A program made the translations under genes and the position numbers. Below the pieces are notes generated by a model. The model searched no databases. It saw nothing but the letters and a program-made list of their open reading frames with translations, and was not told the DNA's origin. A stretch of DNA of 64,000 bases from Amphiscolops sp. MND2022 (taxonomy: Eukaryota), in the NCBI GenBank assembly GCA_964187785.1, contig OZ076409.1:65102001-65166000 (forward strand), read 5' to 3'. Below, in pieces: positions 22,394 through 37,300 of the stretch; the stretch's first letter is position 1; each line of letters opens with the position of its first letter.

Positions 22394-25300
22394 TATTCCT
22401 TAGTGCGATTAGCAGAACCACCTGCATGATGACTTCCATGGTTGATGAGATTGAAGGACAATCTCTTTCACCTCCCCCTCCATGTTTTCAAAAAACTAAA
22501 TGTGCACCTTATGAATTCCACTAAAATTACTCTCTAACACTACCTAAAACGTTCTGTGTTACTTTAATTGGATGACTACACATAAATGCAGGTAATCAGC
22601 TACTCATTTCTGCAAAATGTGACATGTTTCCACATAATTTTTTTTGCATGTGAGGGGGCTCCTGCAGTACAATCCTAACGCGTTAGTCATGGAAGTGCTT
22701 CAATCTTCCAACTGAGTATCCCTAATAGTGCGTATTGAACCAGATTTCAAGTTTTCCAATGGTGATTATTATCCGTGAAAAGTGATTTGAAACAAAACAT
22801 GCCGAGAAGTGCCCAAGTCGGAGCCCCGTGCAAAGTTCAAAATCCTGAAGTTTCTTGAATATGCAAAAGGACACTATTGTTAAAATTTCATCAGTTTTAC
22901 AGAGCCAAAAATACCCGACGGGATATGCATAAGACTAGAAAACCACTTTTTCCCCAACTGGAGATAACAAAACCTCTCAAAAAAACTAAAAGTTGAGGGA
23001 ACATTTTTTTGGACTTTTTTGAAAACTTTTTCAAATGATGTTTCCGGTAATTTGCACAGTGCCGAAAACCCTCAGGAGTCCTCTATGCTCGCAAAACTCG
23101 ATGTTTCGTTGCTAGTAAAAATCGGGAGGGGGGTTTCAATAGAAAGAAGTCTGAAAAAAAGTTTAATGGAGAAAACGCCGGAAAAAAAAAACAAAATTCG
23201 GATATAGCGTACTGAAAAAAAAACAATTTCAAAACAAAATATTATTTTGAAAAATCTTACGATACCGAAACTTGTTAAAAAGGGGGGCTTTGGGCTTTTT
23301 GAAAGTCCACTTTGATGTCAAGTATCAAAAACTTGAAAGAGTGACCCTTTGGAGACAATGAAAAATTTATGAAAAAAAAATAGAAATGAGAATATAGTGC
23401 CAAAAAAAGTAAAAGGTGGCCTCTTTGCAATTTTCTAACATCCATTTAATTGCAAAATATGAAACAATATGGAGGGGGGACCCTTTGGACAGAATAAAAA
23501 ACTTTCGAAAAAATTCTCACAAAGCCGAAATATTAAGCACAGAAAATAAAGTCGAATGGTGCCGAAGAAACCGTAGGTCTTTTTCAAAACTTTTGAGAAA
23601 ATTATCATCCGTCCCAAACGACAAAAAACATCGAGCCCGTTCTTAAGATTCGGAAAGCGGGTTTCCTTACTTGAAAATCCAAAAAAAAACAAAATTGTTT
23701 TCACAAATTTTTTTCGAAAGTTTTTTCAAAATGTCGCAAAGTGCCAAATAAAATAAAGTGTCCTTCCATGATTGCAAAACGCTTTGTTTCTGCGAAACTC
23801 ACAGGGTTACTTCAGTTGAGAACTTCAGAAAAAAGCGCATATTGCTGGAAAACCCTGAAGAAGGACTTTTTTTGACTATTTACTATAATCTGCTCTTTCC
23901 ACGAAAGCACCGGCTAAGTCATTGCAATAGCAGTGTACTTTTCTCTTTTCTTTTCGATCAGCGCTGACGAAAAAGAGCATTTCAACTCCTCGACTTTTAC
24001 CTTTGAGAACTAGTGAGAATGGTAATTTTTAATTGAAAATCGACGAGTTTTCATTCTGTAGATTTAAGGAAAGTGCCAACAATTCCTTGTTATTGAATGT
24101 TTTTAAGTCTTTACTATCATCTGCTCTTTTTACGAAAGCGCTGACGAAGTCACTGCAATAGTAGTGTACTTTTCTCTTTTCGATAAGCGCTGACGAAAAA
24201 GAGCAATTCAAGTTCTTGACTTTCACCTCTGAGAACCAATGAGAATGGTGATTTTCAATTGAAAATCGACGAGTTTTTATTTTGTAGATTAAAAACAAGT
24301 TCCAACAACTCCTTGTCATTGAATATTCACTTCTGTTTCTCATAAGTTTTTCGAGCTGTTTCGCAAAGAGCTCCTGCACCCTAAGAAAGACATGAATTAA
24401 TTCAGCCAATTGAGAGTTTTTCTAAGGACATTTATAGTTTGCTCCCCTACTGGAAACATTAAAAAAATTCCAAAGGGTTTTTCTTTCAATTTTTTCCTTT
24501 CAGTGGCAAACGTGTGCTTCAATCTAGCAAAACACCGAAAACATTCATGAAATCAAAGAGCTTCCATTTGAACAATTGGAAGATTTCCGGAAAAAAGTCG
24601 AATAGTGCCGAAGAAACAGTAGGTCTTTTTCAAATTTTTTGAGAAAATTATCATCCGTCCCAAAGGACAAAAAAACATCGAGCCCGTTCTTAAGATTCGG
24701 AAAGCCGGTTTCCTTGCCTGAAAATCCAGAAAAAGCAAAGTTATATTTACCAATTTTCTTCGAAAGTTTTTTCAAACTGTCGCAAAGTGCCGAATAAAAT
24801 AAAGTGTTCCTCCATGCTTGCAAAACGCTTTGTTTCTGCGAAAATCACAGGGGATACTCCAGTTGAGAACTTCAGAAAAAAGCGCAGAATGCTGAAAAAC
24901 CCTGACGAAGGACTTCCGTTAAGTCTTTACTATATTCTGCTCTTTCCACAAAACCACCGACTAAGTCACTGCAATAGCAGTGTACTTTTCTCTTTTTGAT
25001 TAGCGCTGACAAAAAGAGCATTTCAACTCCTCGACTTTTACCTTTGAGAACTAGTGAGAATGGTAACTTTCAATTGGAAATCGACGAGTTTTCATTCTGT
25101 AGAATTAAGGAAAGTGCCAACAATTCCTATTTATTGAGTGTTCCCCGACATCACTTCTGTTTTTCATGAGGTTTTCGAGCCGTTTCGCAAAGAGATCATG
25201 CACCCCTAGAAAGACATGAATTAATTCAGCCAATCGAGAGTTGTTTCAAAAACACTTATAGCTTCCTCCCGTACTGGAAACATAAAAAAATCCAAATGTT

Positions 25301-28300
25301 TTTTCTTTCAAATTTTTCCTTTCAGTGGCAAAAGTGTGCTTCAATCTAGCAAAACGCCGAAAACATTCACGAAATCAAAGGGCTACCATTTGAACAAGTG
25401 AAAGATTTCCGGAAAAAAGTCGAATAGTGCCGAAGAAACGGTAGGTCTTTTCTCAAATTTTTTGAGAAAATTATTATCTGTCCCACAGGACAAAAAACAT
25501 TGAGCCCGTTCTTAAGATTCGGAAAGCGGATTTCCTTGCCTGAAAATCCAAAAAAAGCAAAGTTGTTTTCACAAATTATCTTCGAAAGTTTTTTCGAATT
25601 GTCGCAAAGTGTCGAATAAAACAAAGTGTCCCACCATGCATGCAAAACGCTCTGTTTCTGCGAAAATCATAGGGGTTACTCCAGTCGAGAACTTCAGAAA
25701 CAAAAGCGCATAATGCTGAAAAAACCCTGAAGAAGGACTTTTTTAGGTCTTTACTATAATCTGCTCTTTTTACGAAAGCGCTGACGAAGTCACTGCAATA
25801 GCAGTGTTTTTTTCTCTCTTCGATTAGCGCTGACAAAAAAAGCATTTCAACTTCTCAACTTTCACCTCTGAGAACCAATGAGAATGGTGATTGTCAATTG
25901 AAAATCGACGAGTTTTTATTTTGTAGATTAAAAAAAGTTCCAACAACTCCTTGTTATTGAATATTCCCCGACATCACTTCTGTTTCTCATGAGTTTTTCG
26001 AGCTGCTTCGCAAAGAACTTCTGCACCCCTAGAAAGACATTAATTTATTCAGCTATTTGGGAGTTTTTCTGATGACATTTATAGCTTCCTCCCCTACCGG
26101 AAAGATCAAAACGATTCCAAATGTTTTTTGTCATTTTTTCCTTTCAGTGGCAAACGTGTGCTTCAATCTAGCAAAACGCCGAAAACATTCATGAATTCAA
26201 AGGGCTTCAATTTGAACAAGTGGAAGATTTCCGGAAAAAAAGTCGAACGGTGCCGAAGAAACGGTAGGTCTTTTTCAATTTTTTTGAGAAAATTATTATC
26301 TGTCCCACAGGACAAAAAACATTGAGCCCGTTCTTAAGATTCGGAAAGCGGATTTTCTTGCCTGAAAGTCTAAAAAAAGCAAAGTTGTTTTCACAAATTA
26401 TCTCCAAAAGTTTTTTCGAATTGTCGAAAAGTGTCGAATAAAACAAAGTGTCCCTCCATGCATGCAAAACGCTCTGTTTCTGCGAAAATCATAGGGGTTA
26501 CTCCAGTCGAGAACTTCAGAAACAAAAGCGCATAATGCTGAAAAAACCCTGAAGAAGGACTTTTTTAGGTCTTTACTATAATCTGCTCTTTTTACGAAAG
26601 CGCTGACGAAGTCACTGCAGTAGCAGTGTACTTTTCTCTTTTCCCATAGCGCTGACAAAAAGGAGCATTTCAACTTCTCGACTTTCACCTCTGAGAACCA
26701 AAGAGAATGGCGATTTTCAATGGAAAATCGACGAGTTTTTGTTTTGTAGATTAAAAAAAAGTTCCAACAACTCTTTGTTATTGAATATTCCCCGACATCA
26801 TTTCTGTTTCTCATGAGTTTTTCGAGCTGCTTCGCAAAGAACTTCTGCACCCCTAGAAAGACATGAATTAATTCAGCTATTTGGGAGTTTTTCTGATGAC
26901 ATTTATAGCTTCCTCCCCTACCGGAAAAATCAAAACGATTCCAAATGTTTTTTGTCATTTTTTCCTTTCAGTGGCAAACGTGTGCTTCAATCTAGCAAAA
27001 CGCCGAAAACATTCACGAAATCAAAGGGCTATCATTTGAACAAGTGGAAGATTTCCGGAAAAAAGTCGAATAGTGCCGAAGAAACGGTAGGTCTTTTTTC
27101 AAATTTTTTGAGAAAATTATTATCTGTCCCACAGGACAAAAAACATTGAGCCCGTTCTTAAGATTCGGAAAGCGGATTTCCTTGCCTGAAAGTCCAAAAA
27201 ACGCAAAATTGTTTTCACAAATTATCTTCGAAAGTTTTTTCGAATTGTCGCAAAGTGTCGAATAAAACAAAGTGTCCCTCCATGCATGCAAAACGCTCTG
27301 TTTCTGCGAAAATCATAGGGGTTACTCCAGTCGAGAACTTCAGAAACAAAAGCGCATAATGCTGAAAAAACCCTGAAGAAGGACTTTTTTAGGTCTTTAC
27401 TATAATCTGCTCTTTTTACGAAAGCGCTGACGAAGTCACTGCAATAGCAGTGTTTTTTTCTCTCTTCGATTAGCGCTGACAAAAAAAGCATTTCAACTTC
27501 TCAACTTTCACCTCTGAGAACCAATGAGAATGGTGATTGTCAATTGAAAATCGACGAGTTTTTATTTTGTAGATTAAAAAAAGTTCCAACAACTCCTTGT
27601 TATTGAATATTCCCCGACATCACTTCTGTTTCTCATGAGTTTTTCGAGCTGCTTCGCAAAGAACTTCTGCACCCCTAGAAAGACATTAATTTATTCAGCT
27701 ATTTGGGAGTTTTTCTGATGACATTTATAGCTTCCTCCCCTACCGGAAAGATCAAAACGATTCCAAATGTTTTTTGTCATTTTTTCCTTTCAGTGGCAAA
27801 CGTGTGCTTCAATCTAGCAAAACGCCGAAAACATTCATGAATTCAAAGGGCTTCAATTTGAACAAGTGGAAGATTTCCGGAAAAAAAGTCGAACGGTGCC
27901 GAAGAAACGGTAGGTCTTTTTCAAATTTTTTGAGAAAATTATTATCTGTCCCACAGGACAAAAAACATTGAGCCCGTTCTTAAGATTCGGAAAGCGGATT
28001 TTCTTGCCTGAAAGTCTAAAAAAAGCAAAGTTGTTTTCACAAATTATCTCCAAAAGTTTTTTCGAATTGTCGAAAAGTGTCGAATAAAACAAAGTGTCCC
28101 TCCATGCATGCAAAACGCTCTGTTTCTGCGAAAATCATAGGGGTTACTCCAGTCGAGAACTTCAGAAACAAAAGCGCATAATGCTGAAAAAACCCTGAAG
28201 AAGGACTTTTTTAGGTCTTTACTATAATCTGCTCTTTTTACGAAAGCGCTGACGAATGCACTGCAGTAGCAGTGTACTTTTCTCTTTTCCCATAGCGCTG

Positions 28301-31300
28301 ACAAAAAGGAGCATTTCAACTTCTCGACTTTCACCTCTGAGAACCAATGAGAATGGCGATTTTCAATGGAAAATCGACGAGTTTTTGTTTTGTAGATTAA
28401 AAAAAAGTTCCAACAACTCTTTGTTATTGAATATTCCCCGACATCATTTCTGTTTCTCATGAGTTTTTCGAGCTGCTTCGCAAAGAACTTCTGCACCCCT
28501 AGAAAGACATGAATTAATTCAGCTATTTGGGAGTTTTTCTGATGACATTTATAGCTTCCTCCCCTACCGGAAAAATCAAAACGATTCCGAATGTTTTTTG
28601 TCATTTTTTCCTTTCAGTGGCAAACGTGTGCTTCAATCTAGCAAAACGCCGAAAACATTCACGAAATCAAAGGGCTATCATTTGAACAAGTGGAAGATTT
28701 CCGGAAAAAAGTCGAATAGTGCCGAAGAAACGGTAGGTCTTTTTTCAAATTTTTTGAGAAAATTATTATCTGTCCCACAGGACAAAAAACATTGAGCCCG
28801 TTCTTAAGATTCGGAAAGCGGATTTCCTTGCCTGAAAGTCCAAAAAACGCAAAGTTGTTTTCACAAATTATCTTCGAAAGTTTTTTCGAATTGTCGCAAA
28901 GTGTCGAATAAAACAAAGTGTCCCTCCATGCATGCAAAACGCTCTGTTTCTGCGAAAATCATAGGGGTTACTCCAGTCGAGAACTTCAGAAACAAAAGCG
29001 CATAATGCTGAAAAAACCCTGAAGAAGGACTTTTTTAGGTCTTTACTATAATCTGCTCTTTTTACGAAAGCGCTGACGAAGTCACTGCAATAGCAGTGTA
29101 CTTTTCTCTTTTCCCATAGCGCTGACAAAAAGGAGCATTTCAACTTCTCGACTTTCACCTCTGAGAACCAATGAGAATGGTGATTTTCAATGGAAAATCG
29201 ACGAGTTTTTGTTTTGTAGATTAAAAACAAAGTTCCAACAACTCTTTGTTATTGAATATTCCCCGACATCATTTCTGTTTCTCATGAGTTTTTCGAGCTG
29301 CTTCGCAAAGAACTTCTGCACCCCTAGAAAGACATTAATTTATTCAGCTATTTGGGAGTTTTTCTGATGACATTTATAGCTTCCTCCCCTACCGGAAAGA
29401 TCAAAACGATTCCAAATGTTTTTTTGTCATTTTTCCTTTCAGTGGCAAACGTGTGCTTCAATCTAGCAAACCGTCGAAAACATTCATGAAATCAAAGGGC
29501 TTCCATTTGAACAAGTGGAAGATTTCCGGAAAAAAGTCGAATAGTGCCGAAGAAACAGTATGTATTTTTCAAATTTTTTGAGAAAATTTTTATCTGTCCC
29601 ACAGGACAAAAAACATCGCGCCCGTTCTTAAGATTCGGAAAGCGGGTTTCCTTGCCTGAAAATTAAGAAAAGGCAAACCTTTTCTCACAAATTTTCTTCG
29701 AAAGTGTTTTCGAATTGTCGCAACGTGCCGAATAAAATAAAGTGTCCCTCCATGCTTGCAAAACGCTTTGTTTCTGCGAAAATCACATGGGATACTTCAG
29801 TTGAGAACTTCAGAAAAAAAGCGCATAATGCTGAAAAAACCCTGACGAAGGACTTTCTTTAAGTCTTTACTATAATCTGCTCTTTCCACGAAACACACGA
29901 CTAAGTAACTGCAATAGCAGTGTACTTTTCTCTTTTCGATTAGCGCTGACAAAAAAAAACATTTCAACTTCTCGACTTTCACCTTTGAGAACCAATGAGA
30001 ATGGTGATTTTCAATTGAAAATCGACGAGTTTTCATTTTGTATATTTTAAAAAAGTGCCAACAATTCCTTGTTAGTGAATGTTCCCCGACATCACTTCTG
30101 TTTCTCATTAGGTTTTCGAGCTGTTTCGCAAGGAGCTCCTGCACCCCTAGAAAGACATGAATTAATTCAGCCAATTGAGTTTCTCTGAAGACATTTATAG
30201 CTTCCTCACCTACTGGAAACATCAAAAAAATTTCAATGGTTTTCTCTTTCAATTTTTTCCTTTCAGTGGCAAAAGTGTGCTTCAACCTAGCAAAACGCCG
30301 AAAAATTCATCAATATAAAGGGGTACAATTTGAACAACTGGAAGTTTTTTTGGAAAAAATCGAATAGTGCCAAAGAAATTGTATGTCTTTTTTCAAAAGT
30401 TTTGAGAAACTTAACATCCGTCTCAAAGGACAAAAAATATCGAGCCCGTTCTTAAGATTCGGAAAGCGGGTTTCCTTGCCTGAAAATTAAGAAAAAGCAA
30501 ACTTACTCTCACAAATTTTCTTCGAAAGTGTTTTCGAATTGTCGCAACGTGCCAAATAAAATAAAGTGTCCCTCCATGCTTGCAAAACGCTTTGTTTCTG
30601 CGAAAATCACATGGGATACTTCAGTTGAGAACTTCAGAAAAAAAGCGCATAATGCTGAAAAAACCCTGACGAAGGACTTTCTTTAAGTCTTTACTATAAT
30701 CTGCTCTTTCCACTAAACCACCGACTAAGTCAATGCAATAGCAGTGTTTTTTCTCTTTTCGATTAGCGGTGACAAAAAAGAGCATTTCAACTTCTCGACT
30801 TTCACATTTGAGTTTTTCAATTGAAAATTTACAATTTTAAGTGCCTAACAAAACTGCACTATGTTTGTTTATTTGTTTTTTGAACAACCTTGATAAAAGC
30901 AGAATTCGGAGCTATTTTCTTGGTCTATTTCTTTTTAAATAAATGACGGTTAAGTTCATTTCTAACACTATTGTATTCCTTAGTGCGATTAGCAGAACCA
31001 CCTGCATGATGACTTCCATGGTTGATGAGATTGAAGGACAATCTCTTTCACCTCCCCCTCCATGTTTTCAAAAAACTAAATGTGCACCTTATGAATTCCA
31101 CTAAAATTACTCTCTAACACTACCTAAAACGTTCTGTGTTACTTTAATTGGATGACTACACATAAATGCAGGTAATCAGCTACTCATTTCTGCAAAATGT
31201 GACATGTTTCCACATAATTTTTTTTGCATGTGAGGGGTCTCCTGCAGTACAATCCTAACGCGTTAGTCATGGAAGTGCTTCAATCTTCCAACTGGGTATC

Positions 31301-34300
31301 CCTAATAGTGCGTATTGAACCAGATTTCAAGTTTTCCAATGGTGATTATTATCCGTGAAAAGTGATTTGAAACAAAACATGCCGAGAAGTGCCCAAGTCG
31401 GAGCCCCGTGCAAAGTTCAAAATCCTGAAGTTTCTTGAATATGCAAAAGGACACTATTGTTAAAATTTCATCAGTTTTACAGAGCCAAAAAATACCCGAC
31501 GGGATATGCATAAGACTAGAAAACCACTTTTTCCCCAACTGGAGACAACAAAACCTCTCAAAAAAACTAAAAGTTGAGGGAACATTTTTTTGGACTTTTT
31601 TGAAAACTTTTTCAAATGATGTTTCCGGTAATTTGCACAGTGCCGAAAACCCTCAGGAGTCCTCTATGCTCGCAAAACTCGATGTTTCGTTGCTAGTAAA
31701 AATCGGGAGGGGGGTTTCAATAGAAAAAAGTCTGAAAAAAAGTTTAATGGAGAAAACGCCGGAAAAAAAACAAAATTCGGATATAGCGTACTGAAAAAAA
31801 AACAATTTCAAAACAAAATAATATTTTGAAAAATCTTACGATACCGAAACTTGTTAAAAAGGGGGGCTTTGGGCTTTTTGAAAGTCCACTTTGATGTCAA
31901 GTATCAAAAATTTGAAAGAGTGACCCTTTGGAGACAATGAAAAATTTTCGAAAAAAAATAGAAATGAGAATATAGGGCCAAAAAAAGTAAAAGGTGGCCT
32001 CTTTGCAATTTTCTAACATCCATTTAATTGCAAAATATGAAACAATATGGAGGGGGGACCCTTTGGACAGAATAAAAAACTTTCGAAAAAATTCTCACAA
32101 AGCCGAAATATTAAGAACAGAAAATAAAGTCGAATGGTGCCGAAGAAACCGTAGGTCTTTTTCAAAACTTTTGAGAAAATTATCATCCGTCCCAAACGAC
32201 AAAAAACATCGAGCCCGTTCTTAAGATTCGGAAAGCGGGTTTCCTTACTTGAAAATCCAAAAAAAAAAACAAAATTGTTTTCACAAATTTTTTTCGAAAG
32301 TTTTTTCAAAATGTCGCAAAGTGCCAAATAAAATAAAGTGTCCTTCCATGATTGCAAAACGCTTTGTTTCTGCGAAACTCACAGGGTTACTTCAGTTGAG
32401 AACTTCAGAAAAAAGCGCATATTGCTGGAAAACCCTGAAGAAGGACTTTTTTTGACTATTTACTATAATCTGCTCTTTCCACGAAAGCACCGGCTAAGTC
32501 ATTGCAATAGCAGTGTACTTTTCTCTTTTCTTTTCGATCAGCGCTGACGAAAAAGAGCATTTCAACTCCTCGACTTTTACCTTTGAGAACTAGTGAGAAT
32601 GGTAATTTTTAATTGAAAATCGACGAGTTTTCATTCTGTAGATTTAAGGAAAGTGCCAACAATTCCTTGTTATTGAGTGTTCCCCGACATCACTTCTGTT
32701 TTTCATGAGGTTTTCGAGCCGTTTCGCAAAGAGATCATGCACCCCTAGAAAGACATGAATTAATTCAGCCAATCGAGAGTTGTTTCAAAAACATTTATAG
32801 CTTCCTCCCGTACTGGAAACATAAAAAAATCCAAAGGTTTTTTCTTTCAAATTTTTCCTTTCAGTGGCAAAAGTGTGCTTCAATCTAGCAAAACGCCGAA
32901 AACATTCACGAAATCAAAGGGCTACCATTTGAACAATTGGAAGATTTCCGGAAAAAAGTCGAATAGTGCCGAAGAAACAGTAGGTCTTTTTTCAAATTTT
33001 TTGAGAAAATTATTATCTGTCCCACAGGACAAAAAACATTGAGCCCGTTCTTAAGATTCGGAAAGCGGATTTCCTTGCCTGAAAATCCAGAAAAAGCAAA
33101 GTTATACTTACAAATTTTCTTCGAAAGTTTTTTCAAACTGTCGCAAAGTGCCGAATAAAACAAAGTGTCCCACCATGCATGCAAAACGCTCTGTTTCTGC
33201 GAAAATCATAGGGGTTACTCCAGTCGAGAACTTCAGAAACAAAAGCGCATAATGCTGAAAAAACCCTGAAGAAGGACTTTTTTAGGTCTTTACTATCATC
33301 TGCTCTTTTTACGAAAGCGCTGACGAAGTCACTGCAATAGTAGTGTACTTTTCTCTTTTCGATAAGCGCTGACGAAAAAGAGCAATTCAAGTTCTTGACT
33401 TTCACCTCTGAGAACCAATGAGAATGGTGATTTTCAATTGAAAATCGACGAGTTTTTATTTTGTAGATTAAAAAAAAGTTCCAACAACTCCTTGTCATTG
33501 AATATTCCCCGACATCACTTCTGTTTCTCATAAGTTTTTCGAGCTGTTTCGCAAAGAGCTCCTGCACCCTAAGAAAGACATGAATTAACTCAGCCAATTG
33601 AGAGTTTTTCTAAGGACATTTATAGTTTGCTCCCCTACTGGAAACATTAAAAAAATTCCAAAGGGTTTTTCTTTCAATTTTTTCCTTTCAGTGGCAAACG
33701 TGTGCTTCAATCTAGCAAAACGCCGAAAACATTCATGAAATCAAAGAGCTTCCATTTGAACAATTGGAAGATTTCCGGAAAAAAGTCGAATAGTGCCGAA
33801 GAAACAGTAGGTCTTTTTCAAATTTTTTGAGAAAATTATCATCCGTCCCAAAGGACAAAAAAACATCGAGCCCGTTCTTAAGATTCGGAAAGCCGGTTTC
33901 CTTGCCTGAAAATCCAGAAAAAGCAAAGTTATACTTACAAATTTTCTTCGAAAGTTTTTTCAAACTGTCGCAAAGTGCCGAATAAAATAAAGTGTCCCTC
34001 CATGCTTGCAAAACGCTTTGTTTCTGCGAAAATCACAGGGGATACTCCAGTTGAGAACTTCAGAAAAAAAGCGCAGAATGCTGAAAAACCCTGACGAAGG
34101 ACTTCCGTTAAGTCTTTACTATATTCTGCTCTTTCCACAAAACCACCGACTAAGTCACTGCAATAGCAGTGTACTTTTCTCTTTTTGATTAGCGCTGACA
34201 AAAAGAGCATTTCAGCTCCTCGACTTTTACCTTTGAGAACTAGTGAGAATGGTAACTTTCAATTGGAAATCGACGAGTTTTCATTCTGTAGAATTAAGGA

Positions 34301-37300
34301 AAGTGCCAACAATTCCTAGTTATTGAGTGTTCCCCGACATCACTTCTGTTTTTCATGAGGTTTTCGAGCCGTTTCGCAAAGAGATCATGCACCCCTAGAA
34401 AGACATGAATTAATTCAGCCAATCGAGAGTTGTTTCAAAAACATTTATAGCTTCCTCCCGTACTGGAAACATAAAAAAATCCAAAGGTTTTTTCTTTCAA
34501 ATTTTTCCTTTCAGTGGCAAAAGTGTGCTTCAATCTAGCAAAACGCCGAAAACATTCACGAAATCAAAGGGCTACCATTTGAACAAGTGAAAGATTTCCG
34601 GAAAAAAGTCGAATAGTGCCGAAGAAACGGTTGGTCTTTTCTCAAATTTTTTGAGAAAATTATTATCTGTCCCACAGGACAAAAAACATTGAGCCCGTTC
34701 TTAAGATTCGGAAAGCGGATTTCCTTGCCTGAAAATCCAAAAAAGCAAAGTTGTTTTCACAAATTATCTTCGAAAGTTTTTTCGAATTGTCGCAAAGTGT
34801 CGAATAAAACAAAGTGTCCCACCATGCATGCAAAACGCTCTGTTTCTGCGAAAATCATAGGGGTTACTCCAGTCGAGAACTTCAGAAACAAAAGCGCATA
34901 ATGCTGAAAAAACCCTGAAGAAGGACTTTTTTAGGTCTTTACTATAATCTGCTCTTTTTACGAAAGCGCTGACGAAGTCACTGCAATAGCAGTGTACTTT
35001 TCTCTTTTCGATTAGCGCTGACAAAAAAAGCATTTCAACTTCTCGACTTTCACCTCTGAGAACCAATGAGAATGGTGATTTTCAATTGAAAATCGACGAG
35101 TTTTTATTTTGTAGATTAAAAAAAAGTTCCAACAACTCCTTGTTATTGAATATTCCCCGACATCACTTCTGTTTCTCATGAGTTTTTCGAGCTGCTTCGC
35201 AAAGAACTTCTGCACCCCTAGAAAGACATTAATTTATTCAGCTATTTGGGAGTTTTTCTGATGACATTTATAGCTTCCTCCCCTACCGGAAAGATCAAAA
35301 CGATTCCAAATGTTTTTTGTCATTTTTTCCTTTCAGTGGCAAACGTGTGCTTCAATCTAGCAAAACGCGAAAACATTCATGAATTCAAAGGGCTTCAATT
35401 TGAACAAGTGGAAGATTTCCGGAAAAAAAAGTCGAACGGTGCCGAAGAAACGGTAGGTCTTTTTCAAATTTTTTGAGAAAATTATTATCTGTCCCACAGG
35501 ACAAAAAACATTGAGCCCGTTCTTAAGATTCGGAAAGCGGATTTTCTTGCCTGAAAGTCTAAAAAAAGCAAAGTTGTTTTCACAAATTATCTCCAAAAGT
35601 TTTTTCGAATTGTCGAAAAGTGTCGAATAAAACAAAGTGTCCCTCCATGCATGCAAAACGCTCTGTTTCTGCGAAAATCATAGGGGTTACTCCAGTCGAG
35701 AACTTCAGAAACAAAAGCGCATAATGCTGAAAAAACCCTGAAGAAGGACTTTTTTAGGTCTTTACTATAATCTGCTCTTTTTACGAAAGCGCTGACGAAG
35801 TCACTGCAGTAGCAGTGTACTTTTCTCTTTTCCCATAGCGCTGACAAAAAGGAGCATTTCAACTTCTCGACTTTCACCTCTGAGAACCAATGAGAATGGC
35901 GATTTTCAATGGAAAATCGACGAGTTTTTGTTTTGTAGATTAAAAAAAAGTTCCAACAACTCTTTGTTATTGAATAATCCCCGACATCATTTCTGTTTCT
36001 CATGAGTTTTTCGAGCTGCTTCGCAAAGAACTTCTGCACCCCTAGAAAGACATGAATTAATTCAGCTATTTGGGAGTTTTTCTGATGACATTTATAGCTT
36101 CCTCCCCTACCGGAAAAATCAAAACGATTCCAAATGTTTTTTGTCATTTTTTCCTTTCAGTGGCAAACGTGTGCTTCAATCTAGCAAAACGCCGAAAACA
36201 TTCACGAAATCAAAGGGCTATCATTTGAACAAGTGGAAGATTTCCGGAAAAAAGTCGAATAGTGCCGAAGAAACGGTAGGTCTTTTTTCAAATTTTTTGA
36301 GAAAATTATTATCTGTCCCACAGGACAAAAAACATTGAGCCCGTTCTTAAGATTCGGAAAGCGGATTTCCTTGCCTGAAAGTCCAAAAAACGCAAAGTTG
36401 TTTTCACAAATTATCTTCGAAAGTTTTTTCGAATTGTCGCAAAGTGTCGAATAAAACAAAGTGTCCCTCCATGCATGCAAAACGCTCTGTTTCTGCGAAA
36501 ATCATAGGGGTTACTCCAGTCGAGAACTTCAGAAACAAAAGCGCATAATGCTGAAAAAACCCTGAAGAAGGACTTTTTTAGGTCTTTACTATCATCTGCT
36601 CTTTTTACGAAAGCGCTGACGAAGTCACTGCAATAGTAGTGTACTTTTCTCTTTTCGATAAGCGCTGACGAAAAAGAGCAATTCAAGTTCTTGACTTTCA
36701 CCTCTGAGAACCAATGAGAATGGTGATTTTCAATTGAAAATCGACGAGTTTTTATTTTGTAGATTAAAAAAAAGTTCCAACAACTCCTTGTCATTGAATA
36801 TTCCCCGACATCACTTCTGTTTCTCATAAGTTTTTCGAGCTGTTTCGCAAAGAGCTCCTGCACCCTAAGAAAGACATGAATTAACTCAGCCAATTGAGAG
36901 TTTTTCTAAGGACATTTATAGTTTGCTCCCCTACTGGAAACATTAAAAAAATTCCAAAGGGTTTTTCTTTCAATTTTTTCCTTTCAGTGGCAAACGTGTG
37001 CTTCAATCTAGCAAAACGCCTAAAACATTCATGAAATCAAAGAGCTTCCATTTGAACAATTGGAAGATTTCCGGAAAAAAGTCGAATAGTGCCGAAGAAA
37101 CAGTAGGTCTTTTTCAAATTTTTTGAGAAAATTATCATCCGTCCCAAAGGACAAAAAAACATCGAGCCCGTTCTTAAGATTCGGAAAGCCGGTTTCCTTG
37201 CCTGAAAATTAAGAAAAAGCAAACCTTTTCTCACAAATTTTCTTCGAAAGTGTTTTCGAATTGTCGCAACGTGCCGAATAAAATAAAGTGACCCTCCATG